DNA of 59,811 nt, filler included. It is 4 parts of 4 records of this genome, joined end to end, with 100 filler letters (N's around TTAATTAATTAA, not from the genome) between each part and the next. Parts side by side here need not be neighbours in the genome. Positions count along the whole stretch, not along the records: positions 46,037 to 59,811 come from SRR20825006_3015; 3 more parts are not named here. One strand, written 5' to 3'. The notes below the pieces were generated by a model. The model was not told the DNA's origin and searched no databases. It saw only the letters and a list, made by a program, of their open reading frames with translations. The position numbers and the translations under genes were made by a program. Below, one piece after another: positions 57,950-59,811 of the stretch (position 1 is the stretch's first letter; every line of letters starts with the position of its first letter).

Positions 57950-59543
57950 CTATTTCGCCCCGTTTTCTTCCCACGCCTGTTTCTTGCGATAAATCGTCGA
58001 TGGACTGACGCCCAGGGCATCCGCTGCACGCGGGATCGATCCACCGCATCGCACAATTGCTTCTTCAATCGCCTGCTTTTCCACCAGCCAAAGCGGCTTG
58101 ATCCCGGCATAGCTGCTGTCTATCGGCAAACCGGTTGGCATCGGTGCAATGCCAAACCGGCCATTCGCGCCAATCATGGCAGGGGCCATATCCATATGCT
58201 TTGGTTCCACCCCGTCGCGCAGGTTGCGCGCACCGGCCAAAAAGGCCAACGCATCCGGGTCCCCTTCCCAAAATCGACCGGCATCCTCCAACCCGTTTGA
58301 GACGACCGGATGAGGCGGAGGTGCTTCGATGGATTCCGACCCAAAACGTTCGTCGTCCGTGCCGCTGTTAACCGGTCGGGGCACCATCGACATGGTGACT
58401 TCGGTGCCATTATTCAGAACGACAATGTTGCGGATGATGTTCTGAAGCTGACGAATGTTGCCCGGCCAGGCATAGCGCGCAAACAGGGCGGCGACATCGG
58501 GGCTGAAGCGTTGAAAATCGCGCCCTTCTTCTCGGGTAAAGCGTTGCAGATAGAAATTGGCGATCTGCAGGATATCGTCATCGCGATCACGTAAGGGCGG
58601 CATGTGAAGCGGAATCACATGAAGACGGTAATACAGATCTTCTCGGAAACGCCCGGCACGCACTTCTTCAAGCGGATCACGGTTTGTTGCACAAACAAAC
58701 CTTACATCCACGCTTTCAATCGAACTGCCACCGACTTTCTGGAATGTACCAGTCTGAATGAACCTTAAAAGCTTGGTCTGCAGATCCAGATCCATCTCGC
58801 ATATTTCATCCAGAAAAAGGGTCCCGCCATCGGCCCGGTGTGCGGCCCCTTCGCGGTCGATTACGGCACCGGTGAACGCGCCTTTGACGTGACCGAAAAT
58901 CTCGCTTTCCATCAGGTCTTTGGGGATCGCACCACAGTTTAGAGGAATAAACGGCTCGTTAACCCGCTCGGACCGACGGTGAATGGCTTCTGCCGCAAGT
59001 TCCTTACCGGTCCCTGACTCACCAGTAATGAAAACCGTTGCCCGACTGGGGGCCGCATTTTCAATGATACGATAGATATCATGCATCGTGTCCGACGCGC
59101 CGATGATGTCAAAATACATCTCGTCGACGGTATCGACGCCATCAGATTTTTGGACCGCATGACTGATCGCAGACCGGCCTTCCAAGGCATCACTGACCGT
59201 GATCCGAAGCTTGTCGGCGGTAAAAGGCTTCAGAAGAAAATCCCAAGCCCCGTCACGCATCGCCTCGACCGCGACATTGACCGAACCGTGGGCGGTAATC
59301 ACAACCACCTTGCATTCCGGTGCGGCCTGATGGGCGGCGCGCAGAACATCACGCCCATCCATGTCCGGCAGGATAAGATCAAGAACCAGAACGTCAGGCG
59401 GATCATTTCGCAGTCTTTAGAATAGCATCACGACCAGTGACGACATGCTCGACCTTGTGGCCATCCGCGCGCAAGTAGTCCTGATACACCCGCGCAAGCG
59501 ACAGCGTGTCTTCGACAACGATAATGCGTGCCTGTTCTGGCAT
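57950..59543 (-). pseudogene. luxO: LuxO-like sigma-54-dependent response regulator with a 1-nt frameshift in the REC domain
   Basis: [61 protein letters not shown]; the REC N-terminus MPEQARIIVVEDT (ATG 59543) is out of frame by one base. Confidence 0.8.
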
Positions 59544-59811
59544 TTTGCCGTTCACGTCCCGATCTATTCATCTACCGGAACCATACCGATAGTGACATTA
59601 CATGCACAACTGCTAACCTCTAGTCAGCTGATTCGTTATCTCATAGAAATCAGCTTTTGGTTAAAAAAGGCATAGTTTCAGTAACATTGCTCGCATCCGG
59701 GAGTATCACGGCTTGAATTACACCACCGAAAAATCCGGCGACACGATCAAGGTCGAACTGAATGGCCGATTTACATTTGGGGACCATTCCAGTTTTCGCA
59801 AACTGATCGAA

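Noticed and set aside
59544-59811. Qrr-like sRNA with a sigma-54 promoter divergent from the luxO-like gene
   Set aside because: No convincing -24/-12 motif or terminator found in the available sequence; the window ends here
1-59811. CRISPR arrays, transposases, integrases, rRNA
   Set aside because: No regularly spaced repeats or corresponding protein or RNA signatures seen

Overview
This window is not one chromosome segment. It is four alphaproteobacterial contigs joined by artificial 100-nt spacers (N44-TTAATTAATTAA-N44 at 13347-13446, 32421-32520 and 45937-46036), and genes are truncated at every junction. Taxonomic labels below are impressions from gene content and codon style, not search results. 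Contig 1 (1-13346, Hyphomonadaceae-like): a leucine-catabolism cluster (ivd, mccB, liuC, mccA) interleaved with accessory genes, then gltX and the nadE tail. It also holds a small orphan gene behind three LexA-type boxes, followed by a strand-specific 127-nt multi-stem RNA structure. Contig 2 (13447-32420, Rhodospirillales-like): tyrS/anmK, a reduced Rrf2-desulfurase-ferredoxin-tenA locus, an MCP, mnmA, tRNA-Leu(CAA), a MipA plus two-component module, tandem TIGR04372-like glycosyltransferases and an IclR regulator. Contig 3 (32521-45936, Rhodobacteraceae-like): riboflavin genes split by a kpsS-wza-kpsC block, nrdR, an HxlR/QorB pair, an AT-rich orphan membrane gene and the rpoD 3' end. Contig 4 (46037-59811, Thalassospira-like): mrdA/rodA, a periplasmic binding protein plus diguanylate cyclase, an M24 hydrolase, a PhyH-type dioxygenase plus hybrid kinase-REC-HPt, cobD, and a strongly Vibrio-LuxO-like sigma-54 activator with a frameshift in its receiver domain. 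The best candidates for an undescribed system are the SOS-boxed small gene with its structured 3' RNA (10364-10941) and the LuxO-like phosphorelay neighbourhood (49355-59543). No CRISPR array, integrase or transposase was seen.
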